A stretch of DNA of 31,393 bases, taken from NCBI GenBank assembly GCA_964658025.1, contig CAZZXB010000007.1, positions 11,038 to 42,430 on the forward strand, in the 5' to 3' direction. Below, piece after piece: positions 8,554 to 18,057 of the stretch (the first letter of the stretch is position 1; each line of letters opens with the position of its first letter). Source of the stretch: an uncultured Janthinobacterium sp. (lineage in GTDB: Bacteria > Vulcanimicrobiota > Vulcanimicrobiia > Vulcanimicrobiales > Vulcanimicrobiaceae). Under the pieces are notes generated by a model. That model was not told the DNA's origin. It searched no databases and saw only the letters and a list, made by a program, of their open reading frames with translations. A program made the translations under genes and the position numbers.

Positions 8554-9413
8554 CAGTCGCGTTTGAGCGCGAGCACCATGATCGACGGCGTGATGCCGAG
8601 TTTTCCGAACTCCCAGAGATCGATCGCGTCGATGCCGATCTTCGCCTTGCGTAATTTCGGGAGCGTCTCGCGGAAGCGGACGTTCGCGAGCACGCGGCGC
8701 CGTCCGAGCGCGAGCACGCCCGCGCCGTAGTCCTCGCCGAAGGGCACCTCGATCGTCTCGAGTCCGGCGAACGGTGCGAGATCGAGGACGCGCGGCGCGA
8801 CGACGACCGTCTCCGCGTCGACGGCCGACGCGACCGCGCGCAGGCGGACGACGCTTGCGTCCATCGCGACCTCGCTCGTCGCGAGACCGATCCCGCGCGC
8901 GTAGTCCGCGAGTTGCGCGCGGCCGAGTGCGTTGCCGTGAACGGCGATCGGGACGCCCTGCTCCGAGCGCTTGCGCGCCGGCAATCCGACGAAGAGGCGA
9001 CCGCCGCAGACGACGACGTCGCCGCCGTCGAGCAGACCCGGCGCTTCGATACGACCGACGATCGGCACGCCCGCGCGTTCGAGATCGGCTTCGAGCGCGG
9101 CGACCTCCCCCCGGCGCCGGACGTCGCTCGGCCGCATGAGGAACGCGCCGTCGGCGAAGATCACCGCGAGATCCGCGACGAGCGAGCCCGCGACCGGACC
9201 CGTCGACGTCACGGCCGCGACCCCGGCGGCCGCGAGGCGGCCCGAAAAGATGCCGAATTGCTCGCGCGCGCGTTCCGCGATCGCGTTCGATTCACCGTGC
9301 GTCGGCGCGACCTGCGCGATCGCGTCGGTCGGCGCGGAGACGAGCACCGAGCGGAGCGGGCCGAAGCCGCTCGCATCGAACGGCGCGTGCGGCGAAGTGG
9401 TGGAGGCGGTCAC
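8553..9413 (-). CDS. Amidinotransferase/DDAH-fold (pentein) protein with degenerate catalytic residues
   Basis: DDAH-like motifs MRPSDVRRRGE, IEAPGLLDGGDV, EVPFGEDYGAGVL, EFGKLG. The catalytic Cys and His positions are not conserved. Confidence 0.8.
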   Translation of the reverse strand: MTASTTSPHAPFDASGFGPLRSVLVSAPTDAIAQVAPTHGESNAIAERAREQFGIFSGRLAAAGVAAVTSTGPVAGSLVADLAVIFADGAFLMRPSDVRRRGEVAALEADLERAGVPIVGRIEAPGLLDGGDVVVCGGRLFVGLPARKRSEQGVPIAVHGNALGRAQLADYARGIGLATSEVAMDASVVRLRAVASAVDAETVVVAPRVLDLAPFAGLETIEVPFGEDYGAGVLALGRRRVLANVRFRETLPKLRKAKIGIDAIDLWEFGKLGITPSIMVLALKRD

Positions 9414-9446
9414 GACGTGTAGTTCGCTTCCCGCGCGCCCGAGCCC

Positions 9447-12278
9447 TCAGTCGTCGCGCATGACGTCGCGCGCGCGGGCGAAGAGCCGCCCTTGGAGTCG
9501 GGCGTAGGTCGCCGGCGCGAAGATCCGACGATTGGCGGCGAGTCGATCCGCGCGGCGCGAGAGGTCCACGAGCGCGGCCGCCCGATCGGAATCCGCGTCG
9601 GGCGCCGACTGATCGGTCTCGGCGAGATACGCCGCGATCCGCGCGCCCTCGCGACTCGCCGTCTGCACGGGCGCGTCGACGTTGTGGAACGGCGTCGGAT
9701 CGGGGACGGTCGTGAAGAAGTCGCCCATGTCGCTCGCGAGCGCGTCGCCGAGCGAGAGCGCGGGGAGACCGAGCAGCTCTTCTTCGGTTTTGAGCGCGCT
9801 GACCGTCGAGAGATGTTCCATGCCCACGTAATGGTGCTTCGCGTACGGCGAGACGACGATCGCGTACGAGCGATGTTCGTTCACGTGATCGCGCGTCGAT
9901 TGCGCGTCGTCGGGCATGACGACGATCGCCGTCGACGACCATTCCGGCAGCGACGTCAGATACGCGACGATCCGCCCGAGCGCGCGATCGCCGTCGGCGA
10001 CCTCTTCGGCGAGCGGCGGGATGTCGCGACCCGCGCCGCCGTGGTCGGCCGGAAGCCAGACGTACGTGAACGCGGGCATCGCGCCCGCCTTTTCGATCGG
10101 ATCGAAATCGCGGATGAATTCCGCCGCGCGTCGCACGTCGCGGATGCGCAGGTTCCACCCGGGGTAGTTCGGATCGATGTGGTCGGCGAGCGCCGCGAGC
10201 GCGGGGACGCCGAGCGCGTAGAGCCCGCCGAACCCCGTCGTCGGCGCCTCGGTATCGGCGACGCCCGCGAAGCGCGGATCGTCGGCTCTGGGATCGGGGG
10301 CCGCGCCTTCGTCGTAGCCCGACGTGCGGACGAGATCGCCGTAATCGCGGTACGTCTTGCCGCGCGCGGCGAGCGAGTTGAAGACGTACCCCGCGCGCGG
10401 ATAGTCTTCGGGATCTTCGTTCTTGTTCACGAACGGTCGGCGCCCGGCTTTGACGAGTAACGTACGCTCCGTGAAGACGCTCGCGATCCCGCCCGCGGCG
10501 AACTGGTGCCCCGCGTCGGATTCCTCGGCGTCCGCGTAAAAGTTTCCGGCGAGCGCGTAATCGCGCGCGAGCGCGTGGAGATTCGGCGTCACCGTCGCGT
10601 CGAACGAGACGAGCGACGGATCGCCCGGACCGTACGCCCTCCCGTTCGCGTCGGTGAGATCGCCGAGCATCGAATCGTAGGTCTTGTTCTCTTCGAGGAG
10701 GACGACGACGTGTTTGATGACCGCGCTCTCGCGGCCGCCGAAATTCTGCGGGACGACGGCGTTCGGTCGCGTCGGGCGGAGCGCGCGCAGATACGAGAGC
10801 GCGCGCGGCGTCGTCGCGCGCAGGTCGACGTGCGCGAGATCGATCCGTTCGAGCGTCGACCAGATCGCGTTGCTATCGCCGCCGACCGCCTCGACGCGAC
10901 CCGCGGGCGTCGCGACCTCCGGATCGTCGCCGCGAAACCCCGCGTCCTCCGCGAAGCCTTTTTGATTGGCGACGAATAACGAGCGGCCGTCGCGCGAGAG
11001 CGCGAGCGCGCTCGGGTACCAGCCCGTCGGGATGAGCCCGAGCCGGTGCGGGTGCAGCGGATCGGAGACGTCGAGCACGGCGACCGCGTCGATCCCCGCG
11101 AGCGCGACGAAGAGACGCTTGTCGTCGTCGCCGAGCGCGAGGGCGTCGGGTTGCGTGCCGTACGGTCCGCGATCGTAGAGGCGCAATTCGGTCCCGCCGA
11201 CGACGTGCGGCGCGGCGCCGAGCGCGACCGTCGCGATCCGATCGACGTTACTCATCGCGACGAAGGCGTACGGCTTGCGATGCATCGCGACGATCGCCGC
11301 GGGATGCGCGCCGCCGACCGCGCGCACGCCGTCGGGCGGGCGATCGAGCGGGATCGCGACCGCGGCGCCGGAGGCGAGCGACCCGTCGGCGGCGCTCGGA
11401 ACGAACGAGAGCGACGAGGTCTTCTCGGCGGGTCCGACCGGAAGCGCGAACGGCGGCGCCGTCGTCGGCGTCGCGAGCTTTTCGTACGGGACCAAACCTT
11501 CGTTCGCGACGAGCAGACCGCCCGGAACGCGCGCCGCCGCGAGCGGAAAGAATCCGACGGGGACGTTCGCGCCCGAGATCGCACGCGCCGCGACGTCGAT
11601 CGTCGCGACGTCGTTGCCGAGATTATCGATCGCGTACGCGCGCCGACCGTCGGCCGAGAGTACGAGCGTCGCGGGGAACGCGAGGTCGGCGTTGGTCTGC
11701 GCGGGATCGCTCGCGACCGGGATGCCGATCGGCGAGAGGGGATCGGGGACGAGCGTTCCCGCGGGATCGAGCCGGAACGCGTAGACCGCATTCGTCGGAC
11801 CGCCCGAGGCGAGGACGAGCGTTTTCGTGCGATCAGCCGGATCGCGTAGCGCCGCGATGCCGAAGAAGAACGTCGCCTTCGGCGCGCTGAAACGCGATGC
11901 GACGCGCATCGTCGTCGTGTCGACGACCGCGAGCGAGTAACCGCCCGTCGTGAGCCGATCGAGCGCGCTCGACGCCTTCCCCTGTCGCTCGTCGTCGTTC
12001 GTGACGATCGCGAAGCGACCGTCCGGCGAGAGCGCGACGCCGAGCGCGTTCATCCCGACGACGACGCTCGCGCCGTTCGGACGCACGATCCGCCCCGACG
12101 GGAGGATCCGCGAGAAGGCATCGTTCGGCGAGACGGGTCCCGCGACGCGGTCGCCGACGGGTGCGTGAAACGAAACGCCCGTCGTCGCGGCATCCGCGCC
12201 GCGCGTCGCGTACGACGCGCAGGTCGCGAGCGCCGCGACGACGAGCGCGTTTCTCAGAGACGGACGGATGATCTTCAT
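9447..12278 (-). CDS. Secreted YncE-like beta-propeller + phosphoesterase (alkaline phosphatase superfamily) protein
   Basis: Signal peptide. YVTN-like blades (ALSPDGRFAIVTN, PVGFFPLA, IPTGWYPSALALSRDG). Phosphoesterase domain IKHVVVLLEENKTYDSMLGD, TPNLHALA, NFYADAEESDAGH, DDAQSTRDHV. Confidence 0.88.
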   Translation of the reverse strand: MKIIRPSLRNALVVAALATCASYATRGADAATTGVSFHAPVGDRVAGPVSPNDAFSRILPSGRIVRPNGASVVVGMNALGVALSPDGRFAIVTNDDERQGKASSALDRLTTGGYSLAVVDTTTMRVASRFSAPKATFFFGIAALRDPADRTKTLVLASGGPTNAVYAFRLDPAGTLVPDPLSPIGIPVASDPAQTNADLAFPATLVLSADGRRAYAIDNLGNDVATIDVAARAISGANVPVGFFPLAAARVPGGLLVANEGLVPYEKLATPTTAPPFALPVGPAEKTSSLSFVPSAADGSLASGAAVAIPLDRPPDGVRAVGGAHPAAIVAMHRKPYAFVAMSNVDRIATVALGAAPHVVGGTELRLYDRGPYGTQPDALALGDDDKRLFVALAGIDAVAVLDVSDPLHPHRLGLIPTGWYPSALALSRDGRSLFVANQKGFAEDAGFRGDDPEVATPAGRVEAVGGDSNAIWSTLERIDLAHVDLRATTPRALSYLRALRPTRPNAVVPQNFGGRESAVIKHVVVLLEENKTYDSMLGDLTDANGRAYGPGDPSLVSFDATVTPNLHALARDYALAGNFYADAEESDAGHQFAAGGIASVFTERTLLVKAGRRPFVNKNEDPEDYPRAGYVFNSLAARGKTYRDYGDLVRTSGYDEGAAPDPRADDPRFAGVADTEAPTTGFGGLYALGVPALAALADHIDPNYPGWNLRIRDVRRAAEFIRDFDPIEKAGAMPAFTYVWLPADHGGAGRDIPPLAEEVADGDRALGRIVAYLTSLPEWSSTAIVVMPDDAQSTRDHVNEHRSYAIVVSPYAKHHYVGMEHLSTVSALKTEEELLGLPALSLGDALASDMGDFFTTVPDPTPFHNVDAPVQTASREGARIAAYLAETDQSAPDADSDRAAALVDLSRRADRLAANRRIFAPATYARLQGRLFARARDVMRDD

Positions 12279-12336
12279 ACGGGCGCCGTTCGACTACGGC
12301 GACCGTGCGCGTCATCCCCTCGCGTCCGCGGAAGGA

Positions 12337-13035
12337 TCACACGGCGTCGAGTCGATACCCGATTCCGCGCACGGAAGAGATCGCGAGCCCGGCATTGACC
12401 TCGCCGAGTTTTTTACGGAGCGCCGCGATGTGGACGTCGACGACGCGCGTCGGGACGCCGGAGACGTCGTTCCAAACGCGCTCGAGGATCTGCGCGCGCG
12501 TGAGTAACTTGCCGTCGGCTTCGCCGAGAAACCAGAGCAGTCGGAATTCGAGCGCGGTGAGGCTCACCGAGCGACCTTCTTTTTCGAGCGTGTGCAGATC
12601 GCGCACGAGCGTCGCGTCGCCGACCGAGAGACGGCCGTCGGTGTCGCGCATGCGCGAGCGCTCGCGCCGTCGCAAGAACGAGCCGATCCGGGCGACGAGC
12701 TCGTTTCCGGAGAACGGCTTGCTGATGAAATCGTCCGCGCCGAGCCCGAGCCCGGCGAGCTTGATCTCCTCACCCGAGTGTCCGCTCACGAGCAGGATGT
12801 ATGCGTCGGCCGTCTCCGCGATCGTCGTACAGACGTCGAGTCCGGACATATCGGGGAGTCCGATATCGAGCAACACGACGTCGGGTTTGAACGACGTCAC
12901 GAGCTCGAGGCCGTCGGCGCCGGTACCGGCGATGCGCGTCGAATAACCGGCACGATCGAGGAAGGTCTGCTCGAAGGACGAGATGTCGGGATCGTCCTCG
13001 ACGATGAGGACGCGGCCGCGAACCTCGCCGTTCAT
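12337..13035 (-). CDS. OmpR/PhoB-family response regulator
   Basis: Receiver LIVEDD...VLLDIGLP...GADDFISKPF; winged helix LTALEFRLL...RVVDVHIAALRKKL...VRGIGYRL. Confidence 0.95.
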   Translation of the reverse strand: MNGEVRGRVLIVEDDPDISSFEQTFLDRAGYSTRIAGTGADGLELVTSFKPDVVLLDIGLPDMSGLDVCTTIAETADAYILLVSGHSGEEIKLAGLGLGADDFISKPFSGNELVARIGSFLRRRERSRMRDTDGRLSVGDATLVRDLHTLEKEGRSVSLTALEFRLLWFLGEADGKLLTRAQILERVWNDVSGVPTRVVDVHIAALRKKLGEVNAGLAISSVRGIGYRLDAV

Positions 13036-13177
13036 CGCGCGAGCCCCTCGCGCGAGCGTGCGAGACGCGACGAACCGGGCCGTCCTCTCGAGACCGACGC
13101 GGACGGCACATCGAAACGCAGATCCGGCATACCGCCGGTCGCTGGCGACCCCATCCCCATTCTTTGGTCATGGTCGG

Positions 13178-13199
13178 AAAGGGCCCCTCGTTCGGGGGC
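13178..13199 (-). terminator. Possible weak intrinsic terminator after tldE
   Basis: Minus strand reads GCCCCC-GAACG-AGGGGC-CCTTT shortly after the tldE stop; the U tract is short. Confidence 0.35.
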
Positions 13200-13211
13200 G
13201 GACCGAAGCGC

Positions 13212-14540
13212 CTAATTCCCGGAAACCGTCATTTCGGCGATCCGCAGCGACGGGCTCACGATGCTCTGGTCGAGGACGAGATCGCCCGCCACCGCATCGA
13301 CCGCCGCGAGCATCGAGACGAGATCGCTCGCGATCGTGAACTCGTGGATCGGGTGGGCGAGTTCGCCGCCCTCGATCGCGAAGCCGCGCGCGCCGCGACT
13401 GTAGGTTCCCGTGACCGACTCCGTCGAGAAGCCGATCGTATCGGTCACGAGGATGCCGCGCTCGGTCCGCGCGATCAGATCCGCTTGCGACCCCGCTCCG
13501 GGCTCGAGATAGAACGTGTTCGGTCCGATCCCGCCGCCCGCGGCGTTTCCGGTCGACGCCGCGCCGAGCCGGCGCGCGTAATAGGTGTCGTAGAGGAACG
13601 TGCGCAGCGTCCCCGCTTCGAACACGGTCGTGCGTCGCGTCGGCACGCCCTCGGCGTCGAACGGCGACGTGCCGAGGGCGCCGGGGAGACGGCCGTCGTC
13701 GTGGATCGTCACGAGACCCGAGCCGACCGTGTCGCCGATCCGGCGCGCGAGAAACGAGTTGCCGATCGCGACGCTCGCCGCGCTGATCGCGGTGAAGAGA
13801 TCGGAGAGCACGAGCGCCGCGACGTCGCGATCGAAGATCACGGGGCACCGCATCGTCGCCGGTCGGCGCGCGCCGATCATGCCGACGGCGCGTAACGCCG
13901 CCGTGCGGCCGACCGCTCCGACCGTCTCGAGCTTCGCGTACGAACGCGCGGCCGAACCGTACGACGCGTTGTGCTTGATCTCGCCTTCGAGCGCGATCGG
14001 CGAGACGCCGATCGACGCCTGCGACGACCGGTACGATCCCGCGAACCCGTGCGAGTTCGCGAGCGCGACCGTCGTCGATCCGTCCGCGACGCGCGAACCG
14101 CTCGAGTTCGCGATGCGCGCGTCCGTCGCGCGGACCGTCCGTTCGAGTTCGAGCGCGTCGGCGAGCTTCGCTTCGGGCGGCCGCGCGCGCACGTCGTCCG
14201 CGTAGATGTCGAGATCCTCGAACGTCGCGGGCGCGAGATCGCGCGGAAGCCCCGCGTGTTCGTCCGCGGCGACGAAGCGCGCCGCATCGACGACCGCGCG
14301 CACGAGATCGCCGAGCCCGTCCGCCGACAGGTCGCTCGTCGCGAGCGACGCCTTCCCACCGTTGACGAAAACGCGTAACGTCAGCCCGCGCGCGACCGAC
14401 TGTTCGAGTTTGACGATCTCGCGATCGCGTGCTTCGGTACTGAAGCGATCGCCGATCGTATACGTGGCTTCGGCTTCCGTCGCGCCCGCGGCGGTCGCGA
14501 GGCGCACGACGTGCGTCGCGAGCTCGCGGCCGTCAGGCAA
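13212..14540 (-). CDS. tldE: TldE/PmbA, non-catalytic subunit of the TldDE metalloprotease
   Basis: RGLTLRVF, DDGRLPGALGTSPFDAEG, STGNA, TGTYSRGARGFAIEGGE; lacks HExxxH; overlaps tldD. Confidence 0.92.
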   Translation of the reverse strand: MPDGRELATHVVRLATAAGATEAEATYTIGDRFSTEARDREIVKLEQSVARGLTLRVFVNGGKASLATSDLSADGLGDLVRAVVDAARFVAADEHAGLPRDLAPATFEDLDIYADDVRARPPEAKLADALELERTVRATDARIANSSGSRVADGSTTVALANSHGFAGSYRSSQASIGVSPIALEGEIKHNASYGSAARSYAKLETVGAVGRTAALRAVGMIGARRPATMRCPVIFDRDVAALVLSDLFTAISAASVAIGNSFLARRIGDTVGSGLVTIHDDGRLPGALGTSPFDAEGVPTRRTTVFEAGTLRTFLYDTYYARRLGAASTGNAAGGGIGPNTFYLEPGAGSQADLIARTERGILVTDTIGFSTESVTGTYSRGARGFAIEGGELAHPIHEFTIASDLVSMLAAVDAVAGDLVLDQSIVSPSLRIAEMTVSGN

Positions 14541-15930
14541 CGGCCGTCCCTCCGACGGTGACGCTCGAGAGCTTCACCGTCGGCATCCCGACGCCGACGG
14601 GCACGTATTGGCCGCCCTTCCCGCAGGTATAGTAACGCCCCGCGAGCCGGCCGTCGTTGCCGACCATCACGACGCGGTCCATCGCCTGCGGTCCGTTGCC
14701 GATGAGGCTCGCGCCGCGGATCGGCGCCGTGATCTTGCCGTCTTCGATGAGATACCCTTCCGCGAGCATGAAGACGAAGTCGCCCTTACTGATCTCGACC
14801 TGACCGCCCGCGAACGACGCCGCGAACACGCCGCGTTTCACGGAACCGACGATCTCGTCGTACGTCGACGCCCCGTCGGGCATGTACGTGTTGCACATGC
14901 GCGGTTGCGGCATCACGCGAAACGACTGGCGTCGCCCGCTACCCGTCGAGTGCGTTCCCATGAGTCCGGCGTTGAGACGGTCGTGCATGTATCCGCGGAG
15001 CACGCCGTTCTCCACGAGCACCGTGTGTCGGCCGGGCGTCCCCTCGTCGTCGATCGCGAGGCTGCCGCGTTCGCCCGGCAGATCGCCGTCGTCGTAGATC
15101 GTCACGAGCTCGCTCGCGACGCGCTCGCCGATCCGGCCGCTGTAGAGCGAGGTGCCCTGACGGTTGAAATCGCCCTCGAGACCGTGACCGACGGCTTCGT
15201 GCAACAGCACGCCGCCGCTGCCGGCCCCGACGACGACCGGCATCTCGCCCGCGGGCGTTTCGACGGCCTCGCAGTTCGTGCTCGCGATGCGCGCGGCTTC
15301 GCGCGCCACGTCCTCGGGCGGCGTCCTCTCGAAGAAGGCGATGCCCGTCCGACCGCCGTCGCCCATGAAGCCGTTGCCGCGCACGCGACCGTTCGCGATG
15401 CACTGCACCCCGAGCGTGACGAGCGGGCGCACGTCGGTCACGAAGCGCCCGTCGCTCGTCGCGATCGCGACCTCTTGCACTTCGTCGGTCACGGAGGCGT
15501 TCACGGTGCCGATGCGCGGATCGAACGCGCGCGCGGCGACGTCGGCACGCGCGAGCAGATCGACGTAAGTTCCCGTCGGCACGGCGCCCGCCGCGACCTC
15601 GCCGTAGACGCTCGCCGCACGCGCGGGATCGCTCGGGATCGCGATCTCGTTCGCGCGCGCCGACGGGTCGCCCGCGATGAGCGACGCGGTCCGCGCCGTC
15701 TCGAGCAAGGCTTCGAGCGAGAGATCGTCCGAGTACGCGTAGCCCGCGCGTTCGCCCGAGAGCACGCGGACGCCGACGCCGCTCGACACGACGAGCCCGC
15801 CTTCGTGGACGCGTCCGTCCTGAAAGCGGAACGAGCGCGAGACGCGCCGCTCGTAGAACGCATCCGCGTAGTCGCCCGCACCGAGCGCGCGCGTGAGGAT
15901 GCGTTGGAACGTGGCCGCATCGGGTCGCAT
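14533..15930 (-). CDS. tldD: TldD metalloprotease catalytic subunit
   Basis: GVGVRVLSGERAGYAYS, LLHEAVGHGLEGDFNR (HExxGH), PQPRMCNTY, CGKGGQYVPVGVGMPT. Confidence 0.95.
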   Translation of the reverse strand: MRPDAATFQRILTRALGAGDYADAFYERRVSRSFRFQDGRVHEGGLVVSSGVGVRVLSGERAGYAYSDDLSLEALLETARTASLIAGDPSARANEIAIPSDPARAASVYGEVAAGAVPTGTYVDLLARADVAARAFDPRIGTVNASVTDEVQEVAIATSDGRFVTDVRPLVTLGVQCIANGRVRGNGFMGDGGRTGIAFFERTPPEDVAREAARIASTNCEAVETPAGEMPVVVGAGSGGVLLHEAVGHGLEGDFNRQGTSLYSGRIGERVASELVTIYDDGDLPGERGSLAIDDEGTPGRHTVLVENGVLRGYMHDRLNAGLMGTHSTGSGRRQSFRVMPQPRMCNTYMPDGASTYDEIVGSVKRGVFAASFAGGQVEISKGDFVFMLAEGYLIEDGKITAPIRGASLIGNGPQAMDRVVMVGNDGRLAGRYYTCGKGGQYVPVGVGMPTVKLSSVTVGGTAVA

Positions 15931-15982
15931 GAACGTTCCGACTTCGCGTTCTCGGCGGGCGAACCCGTCGCGCGCTCGCGCC

Positions 15983-17518
15983 CTAGCGGACGGCGAGCGC
16001 GTCGAGCGCGCGATCGAACTCTTCGTACATCACGTCGGCGTCGGCGTCGGGATCGTTGACGATGAAGGCGAACGCGATGCGACCGTGGTGCGCCGTCTGC
16101 ACCTCGCCCGCGAGACCGTTCACGTTCGCGATGTGTCCGCTCTTCGCGCGCGTCCGGCCGAGCGCCGCGTGGAGGTCGTGATGGCGGACCGTCCCTTCCA
16201 TGCCGACGCGCGGGAGGCTCCGCACGAACGTCTCGCCGCTCGGCGTCCGCGCTTCGAGCGCGATCAATTTCGCGAGCGTCTCGGGTTCCACGCGATCGCT
16301 CGGCGCGAGACCGCTCCCGTCGTAGACCTGCATGCGCGCGTGCGGCACGCCGAGGCGGTCGAGGATGCGCTTCTCGAACGCGATCCCCGCGGCGTCGGTT
16401 CCGGGTTTGCCGTTCGTCTCGCCGACGATCCGCAATAACGTCTCGGCCGAATGGTTGTTGGAATTGACGAGCATCTCGTGGACGATGTCGCCGAGCGGCG
16501 GCGAGCGGTGCGTCCAGAGCGGGATCGCTCCGAGCGGCGCCGCGCCCGTGCGGAAACCGCCCGCGAGCGCGATCCCGCGCGACGCGAGCATCGACGCGGT
16601 CGCACCGCCGACGTACCCCGGCATCCCGAGCACGGGCTTGAGGAACGTCTGCATCACGCCCGCCGCGATGTGGCCGTCGACGAGATATTCGTTGTGCGGT
16701 TCGAGCGCGGCGCGCGGCACGCGCGCGAGATCGGCGATCTCGGGTTTGCGTTCGATCGAGACGAACGACGAATCGTACGCCGACGCCGTGCGGATCGTTC
16801 CGTCGAACGAGATCGAGGCGTTCGCGGGGTTCGGCACGATGCGCGCGGCTTCGCCGGGCGAGGTGGGCGTCACGTCGAACTCCACCGCGTCTTCGTCGAG
16901 CGAGATCGCGCTCGTTCCCGCGGCATAATCGTAGTCGAGATCGTCCGGATCCCAGCGCGGATTCTGTTCGGGACCCGAGAACGCGCTGTCGTCGATCTCG
17001 AGCGCGCCGTCGACGCGCCGCACCCCGCCGCGATAGATCGCACCGACGCCGTTACGCAGATCTTGGGACGCGAGCGTCGGGTCGCCGCCGCCGACGAGCC
17101 AGAGCGACGCGAGCGTGCCGTACGAATCGGGCGGCGCGTTCGAAACGAAGCGCGTGAGAAAACGCCGCTGCGGTCCGAGCGCGTCGAGCGCGCTCGCCGC
17201 GACCACGAGTTTGAGCGTCGATGCCGGCGCGACCGGGATCCGACCGCGATGCGCGTAGAGCGTCTCGCCGTTTCCGTCGACGACGACGATCCCCGTGGAA
17301 TCGCGCGCGATCTCGGAGCTGAAGATCGACGCGAGCGTGCGATCGACCTCGGCGCGATCGGCCGCGTTCCAACGCGGTGCGGGCGACGGCGTCGGTTGCG
17401 CGGCGGGACGCGCGAGCCCCGGAAGCGCGGGCGACGGCGGCGGGGCGCTCCGGCCGCACCCGCCGAACGCGAGCGCGCCGAGCGCGACGAGCGCGGTCGC
17501 GATCCGCCGCGGACTCAG
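15983..17518 (-). CDS. dacB: D-alanyl-D-alanine carboxypeptidase/endopeptidase (PBP4, peptidase S13), lipoprotein
   Basis: SxxK (PASTLK), GGGDPTL, SNN, DGSGL, KSG. Lipobox-like LAFGGC. Start uncertain: CTG at 17518 or GTG at 17599. Confidence 0.88.
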   Translation of the reverse strand: MSPRRIATALVALGALAFGGCGRSAPPPSPALPGLARPAAQPTPSPAPRWNAADRAEVDRTLASIFSSEIARDSTGIVVVDGNGETLYAHRGRIPVAPASTLKLVVAASALDALGPQRRFLTRFVSNAPPDSYGTLASLWLVGGGDPTLASQDLRNGVGAIYRGGVRRVDGALEIDDSAFSGPEQNPRWDPDDLDYDYAAGTSAISLDEDAVEFDVTPTSPGEAARIVPNPANASISFDGTIRTASAYDSSFVSIERKPEIADLARVPRAALEPHNEYLVDGHIAAGVMQTFLKPVLGMPGYVGGATASMLASRGIALAGGFRTGAAPLGAIPLWTHRSPPLGDIVHEMLVNSNNHSAETLLRIVGETNGKPGTDAAGIAFEKRILDRLGVPHARMQVYDGSGLAPSDRVEPETLAKLIALEARTPSGETFVRSLPRVGMEGTVRHHDLHAALGRTRAKSGHIANVNGLAGEVQTAHHGRIAFAFIVNDPDADADVMYEEFDRALDALAVR

Positions 17519-18057
17519 ATGCCCGCCCCGTCCGCGAAACTCGGATCGACGACGCCGCTCCGTCCGGCGAGCGCGACCGTTTCGAGTAACGCGATCCACT
17601 CGGGATCGTCGACGCGCTCGCGCAAGCGCAGCGACGGGCGCGTCGCGCGCAGGCAATCCTCGCGCACGATCGTCATCCCGTAACGCCGCGCGCGGCGCAT
17701 GCGCTCGAACGCGGGCGCGCCGTACTCGATGAGCCCGACGCCGCGGCCGAGCTCCCAGCGAAAGATCGCGCCCGCGGGTGCGACGAACGCGAAGTGCGTG
17801 CAGAACGGAAGATAGCGCTCCCACTTCGCGTCGGCGAGAAAGTCGCCGCGCGACGATTTGACTTCGAAGATCCGCACCTGTCGCGTGTACTTCGCGATGC
17901 CGACGACGTCGAAGCGCACGCCGCCCGTCGCGGGCGAGAACTCGTTGCCGACGTACGCGTACCCGAGATCCGCCATGCGCGCGGTCGCGAGCGCGCGCAA
18001 CTCCCCCGTCGCGAGCTTGCGCCCCGCCGCCGCCGTGAGCGGGATGTAGTCAAGCAT
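17515..18057 (-). CDS. mmcB: MmcB-family PD-(D/E)xK DNA repair endonuclease
   Basis: ATG at 18057. RFDVVGI...IFEVKSSRGDFLADAKWERYLPFCTHFAFVAP matches the MmcB/DUF1052 pattern EvKsS..DF..D.KW..Y..C. Confidence 0.8.
   Translation of the reverse strand: MLDYIPLTAAAGRKLATGELRALATARMADLGYAYVGNEFSPATGGVRFDVVGIAKYTRQVRIFEVKSSRGDFLADAKWERYLPFCTHFAFVAPAGAIFRWELGRGVGLIEYGAPAFERMRRARRYGMTIVREDCLRATRPSLRLRERVDDPEWIALLETVALAGRSGVVDPSFADGAGI

Noticed and set aside
14206..16059. Long alternative-frame and antisense ORFs (e.g. 14206-16059, 17673-19460, 21267-22997, 23331-24986, 25852-27849, 29993-31390)
   Set aside because: Arg/Ala-rich shadow ORFs overlapping well-supported genes; expected from stop-codon scarcity at high GC.
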